Shown: piece after piece, positions 56,157 through 64,000 of the stretch | Layout: each line of letters opens with the position of its first letter | Position numbering within the stretch: position 1 is the stretch's first letter | Virus record (IMG/VR): IMGVR_UViG_3300021963_000099 | Strand: one strand, 5' to 3' | Length of the DNA: 64,000 nucleotides | DNA from: an uncultured virus (IMG/VR IMGVR_UViG_3300021963_000099) | Lineage: Duplodnaviria > Heunggongvirae > Uroviricota > Caudoviricetes | Program-made: the position numbers and the translations under genes | Notes under the pieces: generated by a model | Seen by the model: the letters and a program-made list of their open reading frames with translations, nothing else | Database searches by the model: none | Told to the model about the DNA's origin: nothing

Positions 56157-57621
56157 TAGTGCAGATCTCATTATTTCAAAGTCTAATGAAGTATATTTAA
56201 AAATAGAAACGGAACCTCATATTGAATATGAACTTAGAGATTATTTTAAGTTTGAGGTTCCTAATGCCAAATTCATGCCTCAATATAGAAAAAGAAATTG
56301 GAATGGAGAAATTCATTTATTTGATCCTAGAACCAAACAACTTTATATTGGTCTTTTAGATAAATTAGCAACTTTCTGCAAAAATTATAATTATACTTAT
56401 GAGTTTAAAGATAACAAATATTATGGACTTCCATTTGAAATTAATGAACACATTTCAATAGAAGGAGTAAAGGATTATATTTCTTCTATTACTCACTTTT
56501 CTCCAAGGTCTTATCAAATAGAGGCAGTATATGATGCCCTACGACATAATCGAAAACTTCTGATAAGTCCAACTGCGTCAGGAAAAAGTTTGATGATTTA
56601 CGCTGTCTTGCGGTACTATGCGGATAAGAATCAAAAAATTCTGATAGTTGTTCCAACGACCAGTCTTGTAGATCAACTAGTCGGTGATTTTCGTGATTAC
56701 GGATGGGATGCTGATTCATATTGCCACAAGATATACTCTGGTAGAGAAAAGAGAAATGATATGCCAGTTACAGTTACTACTTGGCAATCTGTATATAAAT
56801 TAGAAAGATCTTTCTTTGAAGATTATGATGTAGTTATTGGAGATGAGGCACACTTATTTAAAAGTAAGTCTCTTATATCTATAATGACAAAGTTGCATCA
56901 TGCAAAATATAGATTTGGTTTTACTGGAACTTTAGATGGAACTCAAACTCATAAATGGGTTCTTGAAGGATTATTTGGACCATCATATAAAGTAACTAGA
57001 ACATCTGAATTGATGGAAAAAGGACACATATCTAAACTTGATATTAGATGTCTCCTATTAAAGCATAACCCTCAAAAATTTGAAACCTATGAAGATGAGA
57101 TTCAATATTTAATATCTCATGATAAAAGAAATAACTTCATTAAAAATTTAGCAATAGATTTAAAAGGAAATACATTAGTCTTATTTAATAGAGTGTCTGC
57201 TCATGGAGAACCACTTTTTAATAAAATAAATAGTTCTGTTGGTGACACTAGAAAAGTATTTTTTGTTCATGGAGGAGTTGATACTGAAGAAAGAGAATTA
57301 GTAAGAGAGATAACAGAAAGAGAAAACAACGCTATTATTGTTGCCTCTTATGGAACTTTTTCTACAGGTATTAATATTAAGAACCTCCATAATGTTATCT
57401 TTGCTTCACCCAGTAAATCAAGAATTAGAAATCTTCAGTCAATTGGAAGAGTACTTAGAAAGGGAAAAAATAAAACTAAAGCTGTCCTCTACGACATCTC
57501 TGATGATTGTACATATAAATCATTAAAAAATTATACTCTTAATCATCTAATAGAAAGAATAAAAATATATAATGAAGAAAATTTTAATTACGAAATATTA
57601 CCTATTAATTTAAAAGAATGA
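56149..57621 (+). CDS. uvsW: RNA-DNA/DNA helicase UvsW
   Basis: SPTASGKS, GDEAH, GFTGTL, QSIGRVLR; start probably ATG 56149. Confidence 0.95.
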   Translation: MVNSADLIISKSNEVYLKIETEPHIEYELRDYFKFEVPNAKFMPQYRKRNWNGEIHLFDPRTKQLYIGLLDKLATFCKNYNYTYEFKDNKYYGLPFEINEHISIEGVKDYISSITHFSPRSYQIEAVYDALRHNRKLLISPTASGKSLMIYAVLRYYADKNQKILIVVPTTSLVDQLVGDFRDYGWDADSYCHKIYSGREKRNDMPVTVTTWQSVYKLERSFFEDYDVVIGDEAHLFKSKSLISIMTKLHHAKYRFGFTGTLDGTQTHKWVLEGLFGPSYKVTRTSELMEKGHISKLDIRCLLLKHNPQKFETYEDEIQYLISHDKRNNFIKNLAIDLKGNTLVLFNRVSAHGEPLFNKINSSVGDTRKVFFVHGGVDTEERELVREITERENNAIIVASYGTFSTGINIKNLHNVIFASPSKSRIRNLQSIGRVLRKGKNKTKAVLYDISDDCTYKSLKNYTLNHLIERIKIYNEENFNYEILPINLKE

Positions 57622-58019
57622 TGGAAGATGAATTTTTTGCTTCAATAAAATTAAAGAATGGAGAAGAGATTTTCTCTAAGGTATCTCCTTCTGACGAAGG
57701 AGATAAAGTTATTCTAATATTAGAAAATCCAGTAATAATAAAGGAAATAAAAATTAGATCAGAAACTTCTGGATACAAAGTAGAACCTTGGATTAAATCA
57801 TCTTCTCAAGATATTTTTGTTATTAATATGGAAGATGTATTAACCATATCAGAATCTTCTGATAGTTATTTTATTAAAATATATAATAAATTTTTAAGAT
57901 CAAGTAGGCCTAATGTAAGTAAATCAAGCACTGATACATTTAAAAATAGAAAGATGGGATATATCTCTAATGTAACTGATGCTAAAAGTATTCTTGAAAA
58001 GATCTATAAGAACAGCTAA
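57618..58019 (+). CDS. Conserved hypothetical protein (Sm-like fold)
   Basis: IKLKNGEEI..LILENPV..PW pattern; usual position after uvsW. Confidence 0.7.
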   Translation: MMEDEFFASIKLKNGEEIFSKVSPSDEGDKVILILENPVIIKEIKIRSETSGYKVEPWIKSSSQDIFVINMEDVLTISESSDSYFIKIYNKFLRSSRPNVSKSSTDTFKNRKMGYISNVTDAKSILEKIYKNS

Positions 58020-58057
58020 AGCTCTTTAATATAATTATTTTAAACTCTGACAAAGTT

Positions 58058-58109
58058 ATTATACACAGATTTCAAATTACTTGTCAAGTGTTTTTCAAAA
58101 TGGTATAAT
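58058..58109. promoter_or_regulatory. Overlapping divergent sigma70-type promoters
   Basis: Plus: TTGTCA(58081-86)-17-TATAAT(58104-09) with TG extension. Minus: TTGACA(58087-82)-18-TATAAT(58063-58). Confidence 0.7.
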
Positions 58110-58131
58110 TTAAACAATTCAAACCATAAAT

Positions 58132-58479
58132 ATGAATGATCCAGAGTTTCCTTGTACATTTTGTGGATGCTGTTGTTCTCATGTGGACATGGCAATAGAA
58201 AATGCTAGGAAATCTCCTCATCCGGTTTGGAATAACTCTGCAGAAACTTTTCCTTTCAGTTACGATATAAACGGTAAGTGTGAAAAACTCATTAATAATA
58301 AATGTTCTGTTTATGAAGATAGACCCTTACTTTGTAATTTAAAAAAATTGGGAGAGCTTCTTGAGTTAGATACAAAAACATGGTATTACATGGTTTCTAA
58401 GTCATGTAATCAACTAATGGATCAAGAAAATGTCCCAGATGAATATAGGATCAATGCAGAAAACATACTTACAAGTTAA
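58132..58479 (+). CDS. YkgJ-family cysteine-cluster protein
   Basis: FPCTFCGCCC...CEKL..NKCSVYEDRPLLC. Confidence 0.8.
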   Translation: MNDPEFPCTFCGCCCSHVDMAIENARKSPHPVWNNSAETFPFSYDINGKCEKLINNKCSVYEDRPLLCNLKKLGELLELDTKTWYYMVSKSCNQLMDQENVPDEYRINAENILTS

Positions 58480-58480
58480 A

Positions 58481-58960
58481 ATGTCTAAAGGAAAAAGGTC
58501 GGAACATTATGTCAATAATAAAGAATTTTTAGAAGCTCTTATAATTTACAAGAAAAAATTAAAAGATGCTGAAGAGAAGGGATTGCCAAAACCTGTAATT
58601 CCAAGGTATATTGGTGAATGTTTCTTAAAGATTGCAAACCATTTATCATTTAAACCTAATTTTGTAAATTATATCTTTAAGGATGATATGATTTCAGATG
58701 GTATTGAAAATTGTGTTCAATATGTTCACAACTTTGATCCAGAAAAATCAGATAATCCATTTGCATATTTTACTCAAATTATTTACTATGCATTTCTTAG
58801 AAGGATCCAAAAAGAAAAAAAGCAACTAGAGATTAAAAATAGAATCCTTGAGAAAAGTGGTTATGATCAAGTATTTGTAGATGATGATTCTAATGGTGGA
58901 GGAAATTATAGTGATTATAACAGCATCAAAGATACCGTGTATTCAAAAATGAGAAGTTGA
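58481..58960 (+). CDS. g55: Late-transcription sigma factor gp55
   Basis: HYVNNKEFL, DMISDGIENC, NPFAYFTQIIYYAFLRRI; start is 58481 or 58454. Confidence 0.95.
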   Translation: MSKGKRSEHYVNNKEFLEALIIYKKKLKDAEEKGLPKPVIPRYIGECFLKIANHLSFKPNFVNYIFKDDMISDGIENCVQYVHNFDPEKSDNPFAYFTQIIYYAFLRRIQKEKKQLEIKNRILEKSGYDQVFVDDDSNGGGNYSDYNSIKDTVYSKMRS

Positions 58961-58961
58961 A

Positions 58962-60014
58962 ATGAAAGTTGCAATTATTACTGATCAACACTTTGGAGCA
59001 AGAAAAAATTCTAAACTATTTCATGACTTTTTTCTAAAGTTTTATAATGATGTATTTTTTCCAACATTGGAAGAACAGGGTATTACTACAATTATTGATA
59101 TGGGTGATACATTTGATTCCAGAAAAGGAATTGATTTTTCTTCTCTTGCTTGGGCAAAAGATAATTATTATGATAAATTAAAATCTTTAGGTTGCACAAT
59201 CCATACTATTGTTGGAAATCACACTGCATACTATAAAAATACGAATAAGATTAATGCAATCGATTTATTGCTTAGAGAATATGATAATGTCATAACTTAT
59301 TCAGAACCAACAGAAGTTAATATTTGTGGATTAAATATATTATTTTTACCTTGGATCAATGAAGAAAATGAAGAACTTGCTATTAAAATTATTAAAGAGA
59401 CAACTTGCAACTGTGCGATGGGGCACCTTGAACTCGCAGGATTTGCTGCTAATCGACAGTGCATCATGGAGCATGGTCATGACCGCAAGTTATTTGAGAA
59501 AATCACCAAGGTATTGTCGGGGCACTACCATACTAGAAGCTATGCTGGAAACATTTTCTACATAGGAAATCCATACGAAATTTATTGGAACGATACGGAA
59601 GATCAAAGAGGATTTGCCATTTTTGATACTGAAACTTTAGAACATGAATATGTAAATAATCCTTATACAATTTTTGAAACTATTTACTATGAAGATTTAA
59701 ATTATCAAGTTTTTAATTTTAGTAAATACACAGATAAGATTGTAAAAGTTGTTGTTAGAAAAAATACTAATAAAAATAAGTTTGAAAAGTTTATTGATTC
59801 TCTTTATAATGCAAATGTTGCTGATTTGAAGATAATTGAAAATTATAATTTTGATGGTTGGTATTCAAAAGAAGAATTTAAAAAGGAAATAGAATCGGAA
59901 GATACTCTTTCTATTCTTAATACATATATTAGAGAGTCTGATGCAGATCTAGACAAAACAAAACTTTCCGATATTATTCGGAACATCTATCAAGAATCTT
60001 GTGAGATGATCTAA
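58962..60014 (+). CDS. g47: Recombination endonuclease subunit gp47 (Mre11/SbcD-like)
   Basis: TDQHFG, GDTFD, GNH, SGHYH. Confidence 0.95.
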   Translation: MKVAIITDQHFGARKNSKLFHDFFLKFYNDVFFPTLEEQGITTIIDMGDTFDSRKGIDFSSLAWAKDNYYDKLKSLGCTIHTIVGNHTAYYKNTNKINAIDLLLREYDNVITYSEPTEVNICGLNILFLPWINEENEELAIKIIKETTCNCAMGHLELAGFAANRQCIMEHGHDRKLFEKITKVLSGHYHTRSYAGNIFYIGNPYEIYWNDTEDQRGFAIFDTETLEHEYVNNPYTIFETIYYEDLNYQVFNFSKYTDKIVKVVVRKNTNKNKFEKFIDSLYNANVADLKIIENYNFDGWYSKEEFKKEIESEDTLSILNTYIRESDADLDKTKLSDIIRNIYQESCEMI

Positions 60015-60015
60015 T

Positions 60016-60285
60016 ATGCATATATTAACAATTCTCGGTGAAGAAGACAGGGGTGCTTACTCAGTAACAGACGAAAACGGAGAGCAAATCTTATACATCT
60101 TTGAAGAAGAAGATGATGCTTTAAGATTTGCTATGATGTTAGAAGACGCTGGTAGCCCAGAAATGAATGTGGTTGAAGTTGACGAAGAATTGTTGTATAA
60201 TGTATGTGATATGCATGGTTATGACTATGCAGTTATAACTAAAGATGACATTGTAGTTCCACCAGATCAATATGATAGTTTTTGA
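60016..60285 (+). CDS. Acidic hypothetical protein (DUF3110-like)
   Basis: GAYSV..LYIFEEEDDALRFAMML...VVPP; conserved position between g47 and g46. Confidence 0.7.
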   Translation: MHILTILGEEDRGAYSVTDENGEQILYIFEEEDDALRFAMMLEDAGSPEMNVVEVDEELLYNVCDMHGYDYAVITKDDIVVPPDQYDSF

Positions 60286-61999
60286 AAAAATCAGATGGAA
60301 AAATTTTCTTTCTACTGGAAATCATTTTATTGAAGTTGATTTAAATACAGGATCAAACACTTTAATAATTGGGTCTAATGGAGCAGGTAAGAGCACAATA
60401 TTAGATGCTCTTACTTTTGTTCTATTTGGAAAGGCGTTTCGTAAAATTAATAAACCGCAATTATTAAATAGTACAAATGAAAAGGACTGTTTAGTAGAAA
60501 TTGAATTTACAATTGGAACTATTAATTGGAAAGTTGCAAGAGGAATAAAACCATCTGTATTTGAAATTTATAGAGATGGAAATTTACTAAATCAAGAATC
60601 TTCTAGCGCAGATCAGCAAAAGTTTTTAGAGCAGACAGTTCTAAAAATGAACTATAAATCTTTTACTCAGATTGTAATTCTCGGAAGTAGTAATTTTGTT
60701 CCTTTCATGCAATTACCTGCAGCTGGAAGACGAGAAGTAATCGAAGATCTTCTTGATATTAAAGTATTTTCTACTATGAATACTTTAATAAAAGATAAGA
60801 TGAGAATTTATAAAGAAGAAATTAGAGTTCTTGATCTAAAAAAAGAATCTCTAAAAGATAAAGTTGATCTTCAAAATGGATTTATTGAAGAACTTGAAAA
60901 TAGAGGTAAAGAAAATATTCAGGATAAAAGAATTTCTATTTTATCATTTACAGAAGATATTGGAAATCTTATGGATGATAATCAAAAGATTGAAAAAGAA
61001 ACTTCTTTATTGCAAGATAAAATTCAAGATTTTTCTGATGCTACAAATAAGTTGCGTAAAATGGGAAACCTGAAGGGTAAGTTATCTCAAAAGGTGAAAA
61101 CAATCACAGATGAACATAAATTTTTCAATGAGAATACAACTTGTCCGACTTGTACCCAACAAATTGATGATGAGTTTAGAAAATCTAAAATAGAGGATGC
61201 TAAAAATAAAGCAAAAGAACTTCAAGATGGATATATTGAATTAGAAAATGCTATAAAGTTAGAAGAAAAAAGAGAAGATAATTTTATAAAATTATCAAAG
61301 CAAATAGTAAATTTAAATCAAGAACTATCAAAAAACAATACAAAAATTTCAGAGTATAATAAAAATATAAAAAAATTAGAAAATGAAATTATACAGGTAG
61401 AAACTCAATTAAAAAATAAAAATGAAGAACATAGAAAATTAGAAGAATACCAAGAAAAATTAGAAAATGTATATGATGAAATAGTGGAATTGAAGGAGAA
61501 GATGAGACATTATGATTTCTGTCAAAATCTTTTAAAAGATGGTGGAGTAAAAACTAGAATCATTAAAAAATATTTACCTATTATGAATGAACAGGTAAAT
61601 AGATATCTTCAAATGATGGATTTCTTTATTAACTTTACTTTAGATGAAGAATTTAATGAAACGATTCTTTCTCCAATTCATGAAGATTTTACTTATAGTT
61701 CTTTTAGTGAGGGAGAAAAACAGAGAATTGATCTAGCATTATTATTCACTTGGAGGGAGGTTGCTAAGTTTAAAAATTCTACTAATACAAATTTATTGAT
61801 ATTAGATGAAATATTCGATTCTTCCTTAGATGGATTTGGTACGGATGACTTCTTAAAAATTATAAGATTTGTAATTAAAGGATCTAATACTTTTGTAATT
61901 TCTCATAAAGAGTCTCTTCATGATAAATTTGATAATGTAATTAAATTTGAAAAAAGAAAAAATTTCTCATATAAAACAATTATACAATGCAAAAATTAA
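60272..61999 (+). CDS. g46: Recombination ATPase gp46 (Rad50/SbcC-like)
   Basis: GSNGAGKST, CPTC zinc hook, FSEGEK signature, LILDE, ISH. Confidence 0.96.
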   Translation: MIVFEKIRWKNFLSTGNHFIEVDLNTGSNTLIIGSNGAGKSTILDALTFVLFGKAFRKINKPQLLNSTNEKDCLVEIEFTIGTINWKVARGIKPSVFEIYRDGNLLNQESSSADQQKFLEQTVLKMNYKSFTQIVILGSSNFVPFMQLPAAGRREVIEDLLDIKVFSTMNTLIKDKMRIYKEEIRVLDLKKESLKDKVDLQNGFIEELENRGKENIQDKRISILSFTEDIGNLMDDNQKIEKETSLLQDKIQDFSDATNKLRKMGNLKGKLSQKVKTITDEHKFFNENTTCPTCTQQIDDEFRKSKIEDAKNKAKELQDGYIELENAIKLEEKREDNFIKLSKQIVNLNQELSKNNTKISEYNKNIKKLENEIIQVETQLKNKNEEHRKLEEYQEKLENVYDEIVELKEKMRHYDFCQNLLKDGGVKTRIIKKYLPIMNEQVNRYLQMMDFFINFTLDEEFNETILSPIHEDFTYSSFSEGEKQRIDLALLFTWREVAKFKNSTNTNLLILDEIFDSSLDGFGTDDFLKIIRFVIKGSNTFVISHKESLHDKFDNVIKFEKRKNFSYKTIIQCKN

Positions 62000-62829
62000 T
62001 TCCTTTCTGCGGTCTTCCTAGAAGTGGATCTACGCTATTATGTAATGTGTTAGGACAACATCCAGATGTAACTTTATCTGCAGATTCTTTATTACCTGCT
62101 ATAGTTTCTGTAATCATGTCTGAGGCTGAGAAGATAATTCAAGAATCTCAATATGATGCAGATTTTACTTATAAATTATTTGATAATTTTGTAGATTCTG
62201 GAATCAAATCTTGGGCAAAAAATATATCAGATACAAAATTTTATTTGGATAAATCTAGAGGTTGGTCTGATACACTTAATTTTTTATTTGGTTTATATCC
62301 GGATATTAAACTGATATTCACTATCAGGGATTTGAGAGGAATATATTTATCATTTGATAGACTGTCTCAAGGAAATATTTTATCTGGAGGAATAAGTTCT
62401 CACTATGATGAAGTAAGTCAACAAAATAATGATGCAGATTTTTTAGAGGAAAGAATAGATTTTTTCTTAAATGGAGATATGGTTAAAAAACATCTTAATA
62501 GATTGAAAGAAATAATAGATCTTGATAGATGGTATTCTAAAAATATTAAAATTGTTAAATATGAAGACTTTATGCAAAATCCAAATAAAGTTTTAAAATC
62601 TATTTCAAATTTTCTTGATTTAAATGAATTTAATTATGATTTAAATGATATAACTCAAGTCAAGTATAATGATTGCATTTATCTTCCATACGGATATCAT
62701 AAACTGAAAAAAACATTAACGCCAAGTATTCCAAATTACGATGATAAATTAAGGAAGTCTGCTCAAAATAAAATCTTTAAAGATTATCGCTGGTACTATT
62801 CCCTTTTCTATCCAGAGGTGCTAAGGTAG
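61987..62829 (+). CDS. Sulfotransferase family protein
   Basis: GLPRSGSTLL 5'-PSB loop, R-x7-S (IRDLRGIYLS) 3'-PB motif, VKYEDF. Confidence 0.85.
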   Translation: MQKLIPFCGLPRSGSTLLCNVLGQHPDVTLSADSLLPAIVSVIMSEAEKIIQESQYDADFTYKLFDNFVDSGIKSWAKNISDTKFYLDKSRGWSDTLNFLFGLYPDIKLIFTIRDLRGIYLSFDRLSQGNILSGGISSHYDEVSQQNNDADFLEERIDFFLNGDMVKKHLNRLKEIIDLDRWYSKNIKIVKYEDFMQNPNKVLKSISNFLDLNEFNYDLNDITQVKYNDCIYLPYGYHKLKKTLTPSIPNYDDKLRKSAQNKIFKDYRWYYSLFYPEVLR

Positions 62830-62847
62830 GATAAATACTTAAAAACC

Positions 62848-63069
62848 ATGCAAGTCCCAAACTGGAAACACAATTCTGGGAAACCTCAGAAACGAAAACT
62901 TAAACCGCAAGCACTGAGGCAAGCTAAAGCACGACTCGCCCAGTTCAAAAAGCGTCACATGGGTCGCCCAAAAGGCGACCTTTCGTTTTATGATGGTCTC
63001 ATACGAAACAAATTCGATGTCAGTTTCTCACGAAATCAAATCCCAACTTGCCAAACTGCTTGCCACTGA
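62848..63069 (+). CDS. Small basic protein
   Basis: Late promoter at 62831; NWKHNS..KRKLKPQALRQAKAR motif; the C-terminal part overlaps the next promoter and gene. Confidence 0.6.
   Translation: MQVPNWKHNSGKPQKRKLKPQALRQAKARLAQFKKRHMGRPKGDLSFYDGLIRNKFDVSFSRNQIPTCQTACH
62938..62994 (+). promoter_or_regulatory. Early-type promoter with upstream motif and stem-loop
   Basis: GCCCAGT-N7-GCGTCACA, GGTCGCC/GGCGACC hairpin, TATGAT -10 at 62989-62994. Confidence 0.55.
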
Positions 63070-64000
63070 AGACCTTGTGGTAGAGCATAAGAAAGTGTCT
63101 ACCGCTTGCTTCAATGTTCACACTCGTGTCCTGACCCTTCCCTTGTGGGAGAAGGCAAGCAACCTTGTTTATGACCTTCTAGTTGGTCATGAAGTTGGTC
63201 ATGCTCTTTTCACTCCAGACGAAGATTGGACAGAGAATGTAAAAGTTCCTCCTCAGTTTGTGAATGTTGTTGAGGATGCTCGTGTTGAGAAATTGATGAA
63301 ACGCAAATACGCTGGTCTTGCTAAGACTTTTTATAATGGATATAAGGAACTGAATGAAGAAGACTTCTTTCAGATTGCTGATGATGATATGTCCACTTTT
63401 AATCTTGCTGATCGGGCAAATTTATATTTCAAAGTTGGTAATTTTATTTCGTTAGATTTTACTCCTGAAGAGAAAGAAATTATTGACTTGATTGCAGTAA
63501 CTGAAACTTTTGCTGATGCTCTAATTGCTGCTGAAGAACTTTACAAATATTGCAAAAAAGAAAAGGAACAGCAGCAGAAAGTTGCTGACTTTGATTCTCA
63601 TGAGACTCAAGGAAACTCACAATCTCCTGCAAGTGATTTTGTAGAGACTAATGACTCTTCTTCTGAGCAAGATGGTGAAAGTGATAACTCTTCTGAAAAA
63701 GAGTCTGAAGAGTCTTATGGTGGTACTGCTCAAGGTGATGAAACTCCTGTGAAATCTTCTGGTGAAAAGGAAGAACCTGAAGTTCGCACTGTAGATTCTT
63801 TAGAGAAAAGTATTGAAAACTTAGTATCTAATGAATCTTATGATAATGTTTATGTAGAAGTTCCCCAGTTAAATCTTAATACAGTTATTGGTAAAAATTC
63901 TGATGTCCATAAAGATATTGATCAATCTTTTTATCATCAGCAGCAATTTCATAATCAACATGCAAATAATGAAGGATATACTCCTGAAAATCTTTATAAA
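63017..64000 (+). CDS. HExxH metallopeptidase / CobT-like protein (runs off the window end)
   Basis: Not in the ORF track. MSVSHEIKSQLAKLLATEDL...GHEVGHALFTP...NVVEDARVEK, then an acidic linker; frame open to 64000. Confidence 0.85.
   Translation, partial: MSVSHEIKSQLAKLLATEDLVVEHKKVSTACFNVHTRVLTLPLWEKASNLVYDLLVGHEVGHALFTPDEDWTENVKVPPQFVNVVEDARVEKLMKRKYAGLAKTFYNGYKELNEEDFFQIADDDMSTFNLADRANLYFKVGNFISLDFTPEEKEIIDLIAVTETFADALIAAEELYKYCKKEKEQQQKVADFDSHETQGNSQSPASDFVETNDSSSEQDGESDNSSEKESEESYGGTAQGDETPVKSSGEKEEPEVRTVDSLEKSIENLVSNESYDNVYVEVPQLNLNTVIGKNSDVHKDIDQSFYHQQQFHNQHANNEGYTPENLYK

Noticed and set aside
1..64000. tRNA genes, introns, photosynthesis genes
   Set aside because: No cloverleaf/TTCGA-CCA pattern, interrupted core gene or psbA/hli-like ORF was recognised by eye. 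A tRNAscan or Infernal run would be needed to be certain.

Overview
This 64-kb segment comes from a T4-like myophage, very probably a cyanophage (Kyanoviridae-like; inferred from gene order, gp23/gp20/gp55 sequence style and ATAAATA late promoters). Nearly all genes are on the + strand. 1-2700 is a largely non-coding, repeat-rich region of small promoter-ORF-terminator cassettes, separated by strand-biased ATTCGT tracts, a palindromic 18-bp repeat array and two related minus-strand putative small RNAs. It is a candidate origin or regulatory hub. 2700-6160 holds accessory enzymes: a glycosyltransferase, a flavin-dependent halogenase and an ATP-grasp-like protein. 6190-55722 is the virion module: g25, g6, g7 (4030 aa), g8, a VrlC-like protein, g13-g16, a variable island of fibre and internal-protein genes, g17-g23 and g3. 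55719-64000 carries uvsY, uvsW, a YkgJ-like gene, g55, g47, g46, a sulfotransferase and a truncated HExxH peptidase/CobT-like gene. The four most striking observations are: (i) a 1592-aa fibre-like protein built as a multi-level 'Russian-doll' of domains nested inside copies of themselves; (ii) a probable protease-processed internal-head polyprotein whose start codon is locked in a 15-bp hairpin containing its own late promoter, next to a gene with a T4-style capsid-targeting sequence; (iii) the modular antisense-RNA/repeat region; (iv) a G-[IVL]-[GSTA]-T motif spread across unrelated virion proteins. All annotations come from reading the sequence by eye; no searches were run.
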